Shown in pieces: positions 1 through 8,699 of a stretch of DNA of 64,000 bases. The notes beneath the pieces were generated by a model that was given only the letters and a program-made list of their open reading frames with translations, was not told the origin of the DNA and searched no databases. Each line of letters starts with the position of its first letter. Position 1 is the stretch's first letter. The stretch is from Candidatus Kerfeldbacteria bacterium. Its GTDB lineage: Bacteria > Patescibacteriota > Patescibacteriia > UBA9570 > XYC2-FULL-38-9. Made by a program: the position numbers and the translations under genes. The stretch covers positions 28,272 through 92,271 of the forward strand of contig JACPGJ010000008.1 of assembly GCA_016182555.1 (NCBI GenBank). The letters run 5' to 3'.

Positions 1-846
1 TTTTCGGTTCGCGCGCGCCGCATAAATAAACAATTTCCCATGTCCAGTGAAGAAGTCAACCGCACACTCGGTGCGCGAATTGTGGAAGAGTATAACAAGC
101 AGGTGCAACTCACGAATCCAGATATTGAAGTGCGTATTTCGATAACCACAGATGGACAGTTTATCTCGTTTGCAAAACAGCGTGGTGCAGGCGGACTACC
201 AAATGGAACAAGCGGTAAGTTCATTTCTATGCTTTCATCTGGTATTGATTCACCAGTGGCTAGCTTCCGTATGATGAAGCGCGGCGCACGTGTGTTTTTT
301 CTGCATTTTCATAGTTATCCCATGACCTCGCGTGCGTCCATTGAAAACACCGAAGAGATCGTTCAACAGTTACAACAGTACCAACCAGATTCAATATTGC
401 TGCTGGCACCATTGGCTGAAATGCAAAAAGCGATCGTTCGACAAGCCCCACCATCATTTCGTATTTTGCTCTACCGAAAAGCGATGTTTGATATTGCGCA
501 GCGTTTGGCACACTTGCACCGTGCGAAAGGGGTAATTACGGGTGAAAGTCTTGGGCAAGTAGCTTCGCAAACGATTGAGAATATGACTGCTGTGACGCAG
601 GATATTCGTCTGCCCGTCTTACGCCCGCTGATCGGTTGTGATAAACAAGAAATTATGGATGAAGCACAGCGAATCGGCACGTACGATATTTCTATTCGTC
701 CGTATGAAGATTGTTGTTCTCTGTTGGTTCCGCCATCGGTAGAGACACGTGCACGGGCAGAAGATCTACGCCGATTCCAAGACCAATTACCATGGGAAGA
801 GATGATTGCAGACGTTATTGTCAACACCGAGCGGAGAGTGGTATAG
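1..846 (+). CDS. thiI: tRNA 4-thiouridine synthase ThiI (5'-partial; frame is open from base 1)
   Basis: End of THUMP domain (FSVRARRINKQFP), PP-loop LSSGIDSPVA, TGESLGQVASQT, RPLIG, EDCC motifs. Confidence 0.95.
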   Translation, partial: FSVRARRINKQFPMSSEEVNRTLGARIVEEYNKQVQLTNPDIEVRISITTDGQFISFAKQRGAGGLPNGTSGKFISMLSSGIDSPVASFRMMKRGARVFFLHFHSYPMTSRASIENTEEIVQQLQQYQPDSILLLAPLAEMQKAIVRQAPPSFRILLYRKAMFDIAQRLAHLHRAKGVITGESLGQVASQTIENMTAVTQDIRLPVLRPLIGCDKQEIMDEAQRIGTYDISIRPYEDCCSLLVPPSVETRARAEDLRRFQDQLPWEEMIADVIVNTERRVV

Positions 847-847
847 T
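839..847 (+). promoter_or_regulatory. Extended -10 promoter (TG-G-TATAGT), 6 nt before ATG 854; leaderless type
   Basis: Motif read directly; spacing puts the TSS at or near the ATG. Confidence 0.5.
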
Positions 848-853
848 ATACGT

Positions 854-1030
854 ATGAATCCACTGATGAAAAAACAATATCGTTGTCAGGTGTGTGATAA
901 TGTTTCCTGGCGTCAAGAAGAGTGCCATGAAAAGCGCATGAAAGAACTCTGTTTTTGTGGCTCAGGAAAATTTCTGGAAGACTGTCACGGAAGTAGCCAA
1001 CCAACAAACCATAAACCAACCGCCAAATGA
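854..1030 (+). CDS. Small (58 aa) Zn-binding protein with CxxC knuckle and SEC-C motif
   Basis: CQVC...CH, then CFCGSGKFLEDCHG (SEC-C consensus CPCGSGKKYKxCHG); ATGA overlap with next gene. Confidence 0.75.
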   Translation: MNPLMKKQYRCQVCDNVSWRQEECHEKRMKELCFCGSGKFLEDCHGSSQPTNHKPTAK

Positions 1031-2379
1031 AATTAACATTTTGTGGCGCAAGCCGTGAAGTCACTGGCTCGTGTTATGTATTAGAAACAGCAACCAAAAA
1101 AATGGTTATTGATTGCGGTCTGTTTCAAGGGCAGCGTATTGCGGAACAACAAAATTTTGAAGATTTTCCTTTTGATCCCGCGAGCATTGATGTGTTGTTC
1201 ATTACCCATGCGCATTTGGATCACTGTGGTCGAATTCCGAAGCTTGTGCGTGATGGATTTCGTGGCCGTATTATTGCCACAAAACCAACCGCGCGTTTAG
1301 CACAACTCATTTTAGAAGATTCAGTTGATATTTTAGAACATGAAGCACGGCGACACCAGCACGAACCAATATTTTCTTTGGAAGACTTTGAACAAACCGT
1401 GACCCAGTTTGAAGAAACGTCTTACCGCACGCCGATCACACTCGATAGTGATACAACGGTGGAATTTTTCGATGCTGGGCATATTTTGGGTTCATCGAGT
1501 ATTCGTATCACTGCGGAAGGAAAATCTATTGTGTTTTCCGGCGACTTAGGCAATTGTCCTGCCCCTATTTTGAATTCAACAGATATGATTGGCGAAGCAG
1601 ATTATATAGTGATGGAGTCAACGTATGGTGGCCGCACACATGAAGATAAAAAAACGCGTACACTGTTATTGCAATCCGCTATTTATGAAATTGCCACAAT
1701 GAAAGGAGTGTTGATGATTCCCGCCTTTGCCATGGAGCGTACCCAAGAGTTACTCTTTGAATTAAATAATTTGACGAACAACAAAGATATTCCACCTGTT
1801 CCCATTTTTTTGGATAGTCCGCTGGCGATTAAAGCCACGGAAGTGTTTCGAGATTCCATAGAATATTTTAACTTGGAAACGCAAGAAATTATTCGAAAGG
1901 GAGATGATATTTTTCAATTTCCGAATTTGCATAATACACTCACGCCGCAAGAATCCAAAAAAATTCATGATATTCCGGCACCAAAAATTATTATTGCTGG
2001 GTCTGGAATGGCGCAAGGTGGCAGAATTGTGCACCACATTGAAGATTACATCAGCTTTTTTGCAAACCAATATTTGATCGTTGGGTTTCAAGTAAACGGG
2101 TCGCTTGGCCGGCGGTTATTAGAAGGGAAGAAGGAAATTTCTGTGAATGGAAAACCATTCCCAGTGAAAGCGAAAGTTCGCGCGATAGGAGCCTATTCGG
2201 CGCATGCAGACCAAAATGCGTTGCTGAAGTGGGTGGGTGGGTTTAACCAAAAACAGTTGCGAAAAATTTTTATTACGCATGGCGAAGAGGAACAAGCGGA
2301 GATATTGGCGGGGAATATCCGTCAAGTTGTTCAGGCTGACGTGAGTATCCCAGAATTGTTCTCAAGCGTTGATTTATAA
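1027..2379 (+). CDS. MBL-fold beta-CASP ribonuclease (Ysh1/TTHA0252-like)
   Basis: GASREVTGSC, THAHLDHCG, AGHILGSS, FSGDLG, MESTYG, YSAHAD, THGE motifs. Confidence 0.93.
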   Translation: MKLTFCGASREVTGSCYVLETATKKMVIDCGLFQGQRIAEQQNFEDFPFDPASIDVLFITHAHLDHCGRIPKLVRDGFRGRIIATKPTARLAQLILEDSVDILEHEARRHQHEPIFSLEDFEQTVTQFEETSYRTPITLDSDTTVEFFDAGHILGSSSIRITAEGKSIVFSGDLGNCPAPILNSTDMIGEADYIVMESTYGGRTHEDKKTRTLLLQSAIYEIATMKGVLMIPAFAMERTQELLFELNNLTNNKDIPPVPIFLDSPLAIKATEVFRDSIEYFNLETQEIIRKGDDIFQFPNLHNTLTPQESKKIHDIPAPKIIIAGSGMAQGGRIVHHIEDYISFFANQYLIVGFQVNGSLGRRLLEGKKEISVNGKPFPVKAKVRAIGAYSAHADQNALLKWVGGFNQKQLRKIFITHGEEEQAEILAGNIRQVVQADVSIPELFSSVDL

Positions 2380-2532
2380 GGGGTTTTGTTCCTTTGTCAC
2401 ATCGTCTTTACACCGTGTTGAACAGATGCCGCAGCAACAGCTATTCAACCTGAAAGAGAGGGGAAGAGCTTGTTTTCATACAAATAATGCGCTATACTTC
2501 CCACTAAGAGAAGATCATTAACAACAACCTGT

Positions 2533-2868
2533 ATGAGTAACACAACACCTCGCCGTGCATCTAAATTTATTGTTGGTGCTGGCATTGCTGCCGCGGTTGC
2601 GGCTGGCGTCTTGACGTTCATCACGAACACAAAACGTGGAAAAGCCATTGCCAAAAAAGGTCGCGAACATGCGGCTGACTTGGCAAACGAAGTGGCGAAG
2701 CGCGCAGAAAAAATTCGTTCACTTACGCAACAACGCTACGAAGGCATGATTGATGATATCGTTGCGGAGTATCAAAAACGGAAAAAATTGACCACAGAAA
2801 CTGCCCAAGATTTAGCGAAGCAACTCAAGAAAGAATGGAACCACATAAAAAAAGAGCTCAAAAAATAA
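2533..2868 (+). CDS. Hypothetical YtxH-like protein (N-terminal hydrophobic helix plus basic helical region)
   Basis: FIVGAGIAAAVAAGVLTF followed by Lys-rich amphipathic helices. Confidence 0.65.
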   Translation: MSNTTPRRASKFIVGAGIAAAVAAGVLTFITNTKRGKAIAKKGREHAADLANEVAKRAEKIRSLTQQRYEGMIDDIVAEYQKRKKLTTETAQDLAKQLKKEWNHIKKELKK

Positions 2869-3239
2869 TACGGGGCATTGTTCGCCACGGAGATGGTCGT
2901 GGCAAACCGTTAGGTTTTCCCACAGCAAACATGCGGTTACACCAACCTATTCCAGAAGGTATTTATTGTGCGTATGCCACAATCGACAAACGAAGATATT
3001 CAGCGATCACATTTATTGGTGCCGCCAAAACATTTCATAAAACGAAACGCCAAGCCGAAACGTATATTTTAGATTTTGATAAAAATATTTATGGAAAGTG
3101 GCTACGCGTTATGTTGCTCAAAAAACTTCGCGGAAATAAAAAATTTCATTCTGTACAAGCGTTGATTCGTGCTATGCGGCTTGATGAAAAACAGGCGCGT
3201 ATATTTTTTTCTCAACGACACATAACCCACCAAAAATAA
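2835..3239 (+). CDS. Monofunctional riboflavin kinase (RibF C-terminal domain only)
   Basis: GIVRHGDGRGKPLGFPTAN, EGIY, ETYILDFDKNIYG, LRGNKKF. Confidence 0.88.
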   Translation: MEPHKKRAQKIIRGIVRHGDGRGKPLGFPTANMRLHQPIPEGIYCAYATIDKRRYSAITFIGAAKTFHKTKRQAETYILDFDKNIYGKWLRVMLLKKLRGNKKFHSVQALIRAMRLDEKQARIFFSQRHITHQK

Positions 3240-3243
3240 ACGT

Positions 3244-4980
3244 ATGGTCGAGCGCACACAAAAAAAGGAACTGGTTCCACGCATTATACAGGAAGTGATT
3301 ATCCCTGTACCATTGCGTGCACGTATTGAAAGAGAAGTAGGAGAGTTGAGTGAAGCATTCACTCGTGAGAATAACCATAATGTTTTACCTGGGTTGTTTT
3401 TGCGTATGATGGTGGGGAAATATATGAATAATGAATTGTTCCCTGGCGCATTGAGCGAATCGGATGCGGAGGAAGCCATAGAAGCGATTCACCACTTAGA
3501 AGAACATACAACAATAGATGGATTGACGGAGCTGGCAGGTAATAGGCGGCGTTTTACGGAAGAGATGAAACGCGTGTTTGCTCGTCTGCGTCAACAAAGA
3601 CCAGAATGCTCAACAGAAAGACGCCGAGGAAAATTGGAAAATGAATCATTTACCCTGGCCATTGTGGATATCGATTTTTTTAAAGATGTGAATACCTATG
3701 GCGGGCATTTGGCAGGAGATATTGCTTTGCAAGAATTAGTCCATATCATGAAAGACGTGTTGCGACCAACAGATAGTATTGATCGTTATGGCGGAGAAGA
3801 GTTTACTATTCGGATGCCAGCAACGGATGCGACAGGTGCGCAGCAAGCACTGCAGCGGTTACGTAAGCGCGTTCAAAAAGAATTATTTTCACGTGTGCAC
3901 ACTCAACTTCAGCAGGTCGATGTAGGCGCAGCTGCACAATTTTTTGCATATTATCAATCTAAACAGCCACCGTTGCGTATTACCATTAGTGCGGGTATCG
4001 CGGAGTATCGTGATACACCAACTCTCGATTTAGCATCCCATCAGACACCAGAAGATTTGACTAGTGATGCAGATCACGCATTATATGCCGCTAAACGCGG
4101 AACCCGAAATCGTGGACAGGGTAGAGACCGTATAGAAATTTTTCGATCAGATGTATGCAATATTCAACCGCGAATGGAACCAGCCGAACAGGGCACATTA
4201 GCAGATTTGCACACACACTATGAATTTTTAAAAAGTGAAATTGAACCGAAAGAAATTGTGCAAGCATATCAAGTCGCAAGTGAAGATCCAACAATCGCGA
4301 ATACCACTGTTGGAAAACTACAACGTTTTTTTTCCACATCAACTTTTGTCGAAGCCATTTTGACCCATGCACCAAGCGATATGCAGCATATTCATGGAGC
4401 GTTAGAACGGTTGCAACATTTTGCACGTATTGATGATTTAACCCAATTACCCAATCGTGTAGCGTATGAAGAAAAAATACAAGAACGTTTTGAATTAGCG
4501 AAAAGAACAGGCAAAGCCTTTTCTGTATTATCATTTGATATTGATAATTTTAAAAAAAGTATTAATGATGCCTGTGGCCATCCGTTTGGCGATAAGGTAC
4601 TCCGTCAATTAGGAGAGATTATTCGTACGCTTGTTCGCGGAGGAGAGTTTGCTGCTCGTGTTGGGGGAGATGAATTTAGTGTATTGATTGACACGGTAGA
4701 TCGAACTGAGGTAACTCATGCAGGGGAACGTTTTCGTGCAGCTGTAGAAAAAGAATTTGCAAACACGCAGGTTCCAGTGACCATTAGCGTCGGTGCCGCC
4801 ATTCCTGAAATGACGCCAACAACTCTTCATGGTCGTTCAGTGTGGGAATTCACGAATCCAACCGAGCTGCAGAGACAAGCGGATGCTGCTCATTTTTTCG
4901 CAAAAGAAGGAGGCAAAAATATCGTTTGCATTTATGACGCTCCACGTATGAGTGTGCTCCTTACGCCGCCGGAGGAGTAG
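3244..4980 (+). CDS. Tandem GGDEF-domain protein (putative diguanylate cyclase)
   Basis: Domain 1: DGLT, DIDFFKDVN..GHLAGD, RYGGEEF. Domain 2: DDLT, DIDNFK..ND..GHPFGD, RVGGDEF. Confidence 0.92.
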   Translation: MVERTQKKELVPRIIQEVIIPVPLRARIEREVGELSEAFTRENNHNVLPGLFLRMMVGKYMNNELFPGALSESDAEEAIEAIHHLEEHTTIDGLTELAGNRRRFTEEMKRVFARLRQQRPECSTERRRGKLENESFTLAIVDIDFFKDVNTYGGHLAGDIALQELVHIMKDVLRPTDSIDRYGGEEFTIRMPATDATGAQQALQRLRKRVQKELFSRVHTQLQQVDVGAAAQFFAYYQSKQPPLRITISAGIAEYRDTPTLDLASHQTPEDLTSDADHALYAAKRGTRNRGQGRDRIEIFRSDVCNIQPRMEPAEQGTLADLHTHYEFLKSEIEPKEIVQAYQVASEDPTIANTTVGKLQRFFSTSTFVEAILTHAPSDMQHIHGALERLQHFARIDDLTQLPNRVAYEEKIQERFELAKRTGKAFSVLSFDIDNFKKSINDACGHPFGDKVLRQLGEIIRTLVRGGEFAARVGGDEFSVLIDTVDRTEVTHAGERFRAAVEKEFANTQVPVTISVGAAIPEMTPTTLHGRSVWEFTNPTELQRQADAAHFFAKEGGKNIVCIYDAPRMSVLLTPPEE

Positions 4981-6502
4981 GCGGTGCAATGGGAAGATGA
5001 ATGATCACCTTGGTGCCTTTGTTGATAGCGCTTTCTATAATAATATCCCCACCTTGCTGAGTGATAATTTCATGCGCAAGAAATAATCCGAGGCCCGATC
5101 CATCGGCTTGAATAGTTTGAATATTGGATCCACGGTAAAATTTGGTGAACAAACGATCTTGTTCTTCTGCAGGGATGCCATAACCGGTGTCACGTATCTG
5201 CGTGAGTACTTCATCGTTCGTTTTTTCAAATGCGATATCGACTGTCCCACCTTTTGGTGTATATTTGATAGCATTGTCAATAATATTATGAAATGCAAGT
5301 TTCATTTTTTCTGGGTCCATGGAAACAGCTGGTAAGGGGGTCGTTGGTTTCTCTACAGTGAAGATGATGCCTGTTTCTTTTGCTGCTGTATCAAATTCTT
5401 CAAAAAGTTCTTGTATAAACGGCACTAATTCTACTGAACGAGTTTCGTATGTGAGTTTTTTTGCTTCTACCTGTAACACGTCAAGCAAGCTATTGATCAG
5501 CAGTGTCATGCGATTGATATTATCTAATCCTTTTTTCAGTTGGTTTTTTGCTTCTGGAGAAATATCACCTAAATCGCCGTCTACGGTCATGCTGATTAAC
5601 CACTTAATGCCAGAGATTGGTGTGCGTAATTGGTGTGCAGCGATCGATAAAAATTCTGTTTTTTGTTGATCCAGTTTTCGTGTTTTTTCTAATTCAATCT
5701 TCAACGATTCCTGTGTTGCTTGAATTCGTTGAATCATAATATTAAATGTATCTGCAAATACGCCAAGCTCATCATGGCTATCAACCGTTGCTGGGCGAAA
5801 ACGTCCTTGTCCAATATCGTGCGCGACCGCTGTTAATTGTTCAAGCGGCTGTGTGACCGCGCGGCGCATAAAAATCGAAATAAAGATAAAAACAATAAAC
5901 GCTAAAAAGCCAATAATCGATACAATGGTGATTGTTTTCTGTACCGCATAAGCCGTGCTCTGTTCTTGGTTGCTCGTAAATTGTTGAATACGGTCTTCTA
6001 CCTCTTGCGAAACAAAATTGGAAAATGCATCACGGTTTTTTGACACGATCGCTTGAGCAGATGCCAATACCGTGTTGCTCGCTCCATTTTCATAAGCTTC
6101 AATCAGATCGTTCAATGAGCTATACACGGCATTGATATGTGTTTCAAAAGATTGTGTGAATTCTAATTCGGATTGTGATTGTGATAGCGAAAATAATTCC
6201 ACTTGCGCAATTAACGCTTGCCGAATCGCATTCTCATATTCTTTTTTGCTCGCCACGTCACCAGTTCGCACATATTCGTTGGCGGCAAGAATAGAGAGAT
6301 TGAGGTTGTCTTTGATGTTCGAAGTTTGAATGAGTCGATTTGTTTGTACAGAAAGTTTTTCAGTTTGTTGTTGAATGTCGCGAATGGAAAAAATATTCAA
6401 CACTCCAAGATTGAGCAGCAAAATAAACACTATACCAAAAATGAACACAATTTTATGTTTAATTTTGACGTTGCGGAGTTGTTCAATGATGGCAATAGAC
6501 AT
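4961..6502 (-). CDS. Membrane sensor histidine kinase (2 TM, extracytoplasmic helical sensor, HAMP, HisKA, HATPase)
   Basis: AAHQLRTP H-box, NIIDNAIKYT N-box, DTGYGI G1, GSGLGL G2; HAMP DELGVFADTFN. Confidence 0.93.
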   Translation of the reverse strand: MSIAIIEQLRNVKIKHKIVFIFGIVFILLLNLGVLNIFSIRDIQQQTEKLSVQTNRLIQTSNIKDNLNLSILAANEYVRTGDVASKKEYENAIRQALIAQVELFSLSQSQSELEFTQSFETHINAVYSSLNDLIEAYENGASNTVLASAQAIVSKNRDAFSNFVSQEVEDRIQQFTSNQEQSTAYAVQKTITIVSIIGFLAFIVFIFISIFMRRAVTQPLEQLTAVAHDIGQGRFRPATVDSHDELGVFADTFNIMIQRIQATQESLKIELEKTRKLDQQKTEFLSIAAHQLRTPISGIKWLISMTVDGDLGDISPEAKNQLKKGLDNINRMTLLINSLLDVLQVEAKKLTYETRSVELVPFIQELFEEFDTAAKETGIIFTVEKPTTPLPAVSMDPEKMKLAFHNIIDNAIKYTPKGGTVDIAFEKTNDEVLTQIRDTGYGIPAEEQDRLFTKFYRGSNIQTIQADGSGLGLFLAHEIITQQGGDIIIESAINKGTKVIIHLPIAPPTPPAA

Positions 6503-6513
6503 AGGTACTTATT

Positions 6514-6522
6514 AGTATAGCA
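6514..6522 (-). promoter_or_regulatory. Extended -10 (TG-C-TATACT), 11 nt upstream of the histidine kinase start
   Basis: Motif read on the minus strand. Confidence 0.45.
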
Positions 6523-6581
6523 GTTTTTTATTCATTGTGTACTATGTCGATATTATTATTATTTACAGTACTCAGGCATTT

Positions 6582-6590
6582 TGATATACT
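6582..6590 (+). promoter_or_regulatory. Extended -10 (TG-A-TATACT) for the Pro-rich protein/mnmA unit
   Basis: Motif in the divergent intergenic region. Confidence 0.4.
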
Positions 6591-6613
6591 CAACATAATT
6601 CATCAATATCCTT

Positions 6614-7534
6614 ATGCCAGATTCAAACAATACCTTTCCACCACTTCCGCAAATGCCAGTACAACCCGGGACCATGCCGGCAGCTGACGCTTTTGATCCA
6701 CCACCAGCAGCACAATCACCAACGCAAGTATCGGTTCAAAAAACGCCTCAACCTCCCATACCGGTACAGTACCAACCACAACCAGTACAACCACTTCAGA
6801 CGCCGCCAACACCTGAAATATACGCTGTTGCACCGCAGCCGATGCCCCAAGCACCTCTTCCTCAACCAATACCAGAGCAAACTGTTCCTCCGGTGATTCC
6901 AGATCAACCCTTCCCTCAATCTGTTTATCAGCCACAACCAGCAGCGCCTGCGCCGTTTCCTGAAACACCGATGCAAGCTCCTGCACCGGTATTTACACCA
7001 CCTCCTGTTCAACCTGCTCCACAGCCACTACCACAAACACCAGTGTTCGAACCGCAGCCAGTAATGCCCCAACTAGCCACAGCGCCCGCACCAGCACCTA
7101 TCGCTACACCAGGACCTGCGCCAACACCAACAGGAAATTTTTTTGACCAACCGTTACCAAATCAGCAACCAGCACTTGCACCTATTGATCCTGGTATGAC
7201 CTCGCCAACCTTCCAACAAGCGGCCCTCACTCAAGAAGAACAAGATCAATTATTTAGCCGAGAGCGCTTATCCACCGGACAAAAAATGGTTATTATTTTT
7301 ATTGCTATTGTTGCGTTGGGAATTATTGGGGGCGCTGGTTTTTGGTTGTATACCCAAATCAATGCTTCTCCTGGCACCATAAATACCAACCAACAAGTGG
7401 ATACAGATAAAGATGGATTGACCGATGCTCAAGAAGCGACGTATCGTACGAACCCAAATAAAGCCGATACGGATGGTGATGGCTACTTAGACGGAGAAGA
7501 AGTGAATACCAAGCATAATCCGTTAGGAAAATAA
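6614..7534 (+). CDS. Pro/Gln-rich single-pass membrane protein with C-terminal thrombospondin type-3-like Ca-binding repeats
   Basis: ~200 aa P/Q low complexity, TM MVIIFIAIVALGIIGGAGFWLY, then DTDKDGLTD...DTDGDGYLDGEE. Confidence 0.8.
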   Translation: MPDSNNTFPPLPQMPVQPGTMPAADAFDPPPAAQSPTQVSVQKTPQPPIPVQYQPQPVQPLQTPPTPEIYAVAPQPMPQAPLPQPIPEQTVPPVIPDQPFPQSVYQPQPAAPAPFPETPMQAPAPVFTPPPVQPAPQPLPQTPVFEPQPVMPQLATAPAPAPIATPGPAPTPTGNFFDQPLPNQQPALAPIDPGMTSPTFQQAALTQEEQDQLFSRERLSTGQKMVIIFIAIVALGIIGGAGFWLYTQINASPGTINTNQQVDTDKDGLTDAQEATYRTNPNKADTDGDGYLDGEEVNTKHNPLGK

Positions 7535-7545
7535 TTATTGCAGCT

Positions 7546-8694
7546 GTGAAAAAAATTGTTGTTGGCATGAGCGGAGGAGTGGATTCATCTGTTGCCGCGT
7601 ATTTGTTGAAGCAGCAGGGTTTTGATGTACTTGGTGTATTCATGAAAAATTGGGAAGATGCGACACCTGAACCTGGCTACCGACAACAAGAAACGATGGC
7701 TGGTTGCACCTGGGAAGAAGATTTTGCAGATGTACGTGCCGTTTGCCAACAATTAGATATTCCATACACGACGTTTAATTTTGTGGAAGAATACCGCGAC
7801 CGTGTTTTTGATTATTTTATTGCGGAACTCAAAGCTGGGCGAACACCGAACCCTGATATTTTGTGCAATCAAGAAATCAAATTTCAATTGTTTTTGGAAA
7901 AAGCATTGCGCTTGGAAGGGGTAGATGGCGTTGCCACGGGGCATTATGCGAAAATTGATAACCAAGGGCGTCTGTGCCGGCCGCGTGACCGGAACAAAGA
8001 CCAAACCTATTTTTTGTATCGCCTGGATCGTGCCGTGTTACCACGTGTTGTTTTTCCATTGGCTGACCTCACAAAAGAAGAGGTGCGCGCCATTGCAAAA
8101 CAGCAAAAATTTCCCAATGCAGATAAAAAGGATTCCACCGGCATTTGTTTTATTGGCAATATTGATTACAAGCAATTCATTGACCAGTATATTGAGAAAA
8201 GACCAGGGGTCATTCAAACACTGGATGGTGTTGTGGTGGGGAAGCATGATGGGCTTCATTTTTACACCATTGGGCAACGCCGCGGTATCAATATTGGTGG
8301 AACAGGTCCGTATTATGTAGTCAAAAAAGACCAAGAAAAAAATATATTGTTTGTCACCAATAATAAAGATGATTCGCAATTATTTCAAGCTTCCTGCCGC
8401 GTGAGTGATCTGCATTGGTTAACCGAATTTCCATTGCCGAAAGAAGCTGATGTGCAGATTCGCTATAGACAACAAGCACAACCGGCTGCGGTAGCGGCAG
8501 AATTCGGAGCGAGCATCGGCTTGCCACAAGGCAAACGTACCCCTGAGGGCACAAGCAGCTCGCGAGAATTACTGCCGCGAACGCAGCAAACGGTGAACGT
8601 TCTTTTTCAAGAACCACAACGTGCGGTTACTGCCGGCCAATCCGCCGTGTTCTATGCTGGCGATATTGTGCTTGGTGGTGGTATCATTCAGTAG
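7546..8694 (+). CDS. mnmA: tRNA 2-thiouridine(34) synthase MnmA, with an in-frame palindromic insertion
   Basis: GMSGGVDSS, TPNPDILCN, ATGHYA, KDQTYFL, DSTGICFIG, TIGQRRG, GQSAVFY. Confidence 0.96.
   Translation: MKKIVVGMSGGVDSSVAAYLLKQQGFDVLGVFMKNWEDATPEPGYRQQETMAGCTWEEDFADVRAVCQQLDIPYTTFNFVEEYRDRVFDYFIAELKAGRTPNPDILCNQEIKFQLFLEKALRLEGVDGVATGHYAKIDNQGRLCRPRDRNKDQTYFLYRLDRAVLPRVVFPLADLTKEEVRAIAKQQKFPNADKKDSTGICFIGNIDYKQFIDQYIEKRPGVIQTLDGVVVGKHDGLHFYTIGQRRGINIGGTGPYYVVKKDQEKNILFVTNNKDDSQLFQASCRVSDLHWLTEFPLPKEADVQIRYRQQAQPAAVAAEFGASIGLPQGKRTPEGTSSSRELLPRTQQTVNVLFQEPQRAVTAGQSAVFYAGDIVLGGGIIQ
8485..8587 (-). repeat. Nested palindromic element, copy A (in-frame in mnmA; opposite orientation to copies B and C)
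   Basis: Stems GCTGCG/CGCAGC, GCGGCAG-AATTC/GAATT-A-CTGCCGC, GCGAGC/GCTCGC, TTGCC/GGCAA; reverse complement aligns with copies B and C. Confidence 0.85.
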
Positions 8695-8699
8695 CTATT

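Noticed and set aside
471-1064. 197-aa antisense ORF over thiI, and similar antisense ORFs over rpoA, mreB and def
   Set aside because: They lie opposite well-conserved genes and show no recognisable motifs.
2380-2532. Possible structured RNA or further repeat copy (GTTGAA...TTCAAC)
   Set aside because: Only a 6-bp stem and no match to the repeat core.
6612-7012. Antisense ORFs and an apparent tandem repeat over the Pro-rich gene
   Set aside because: These are shadows of CCN/CAR codon bias; there is no exact DNA repeat unit.
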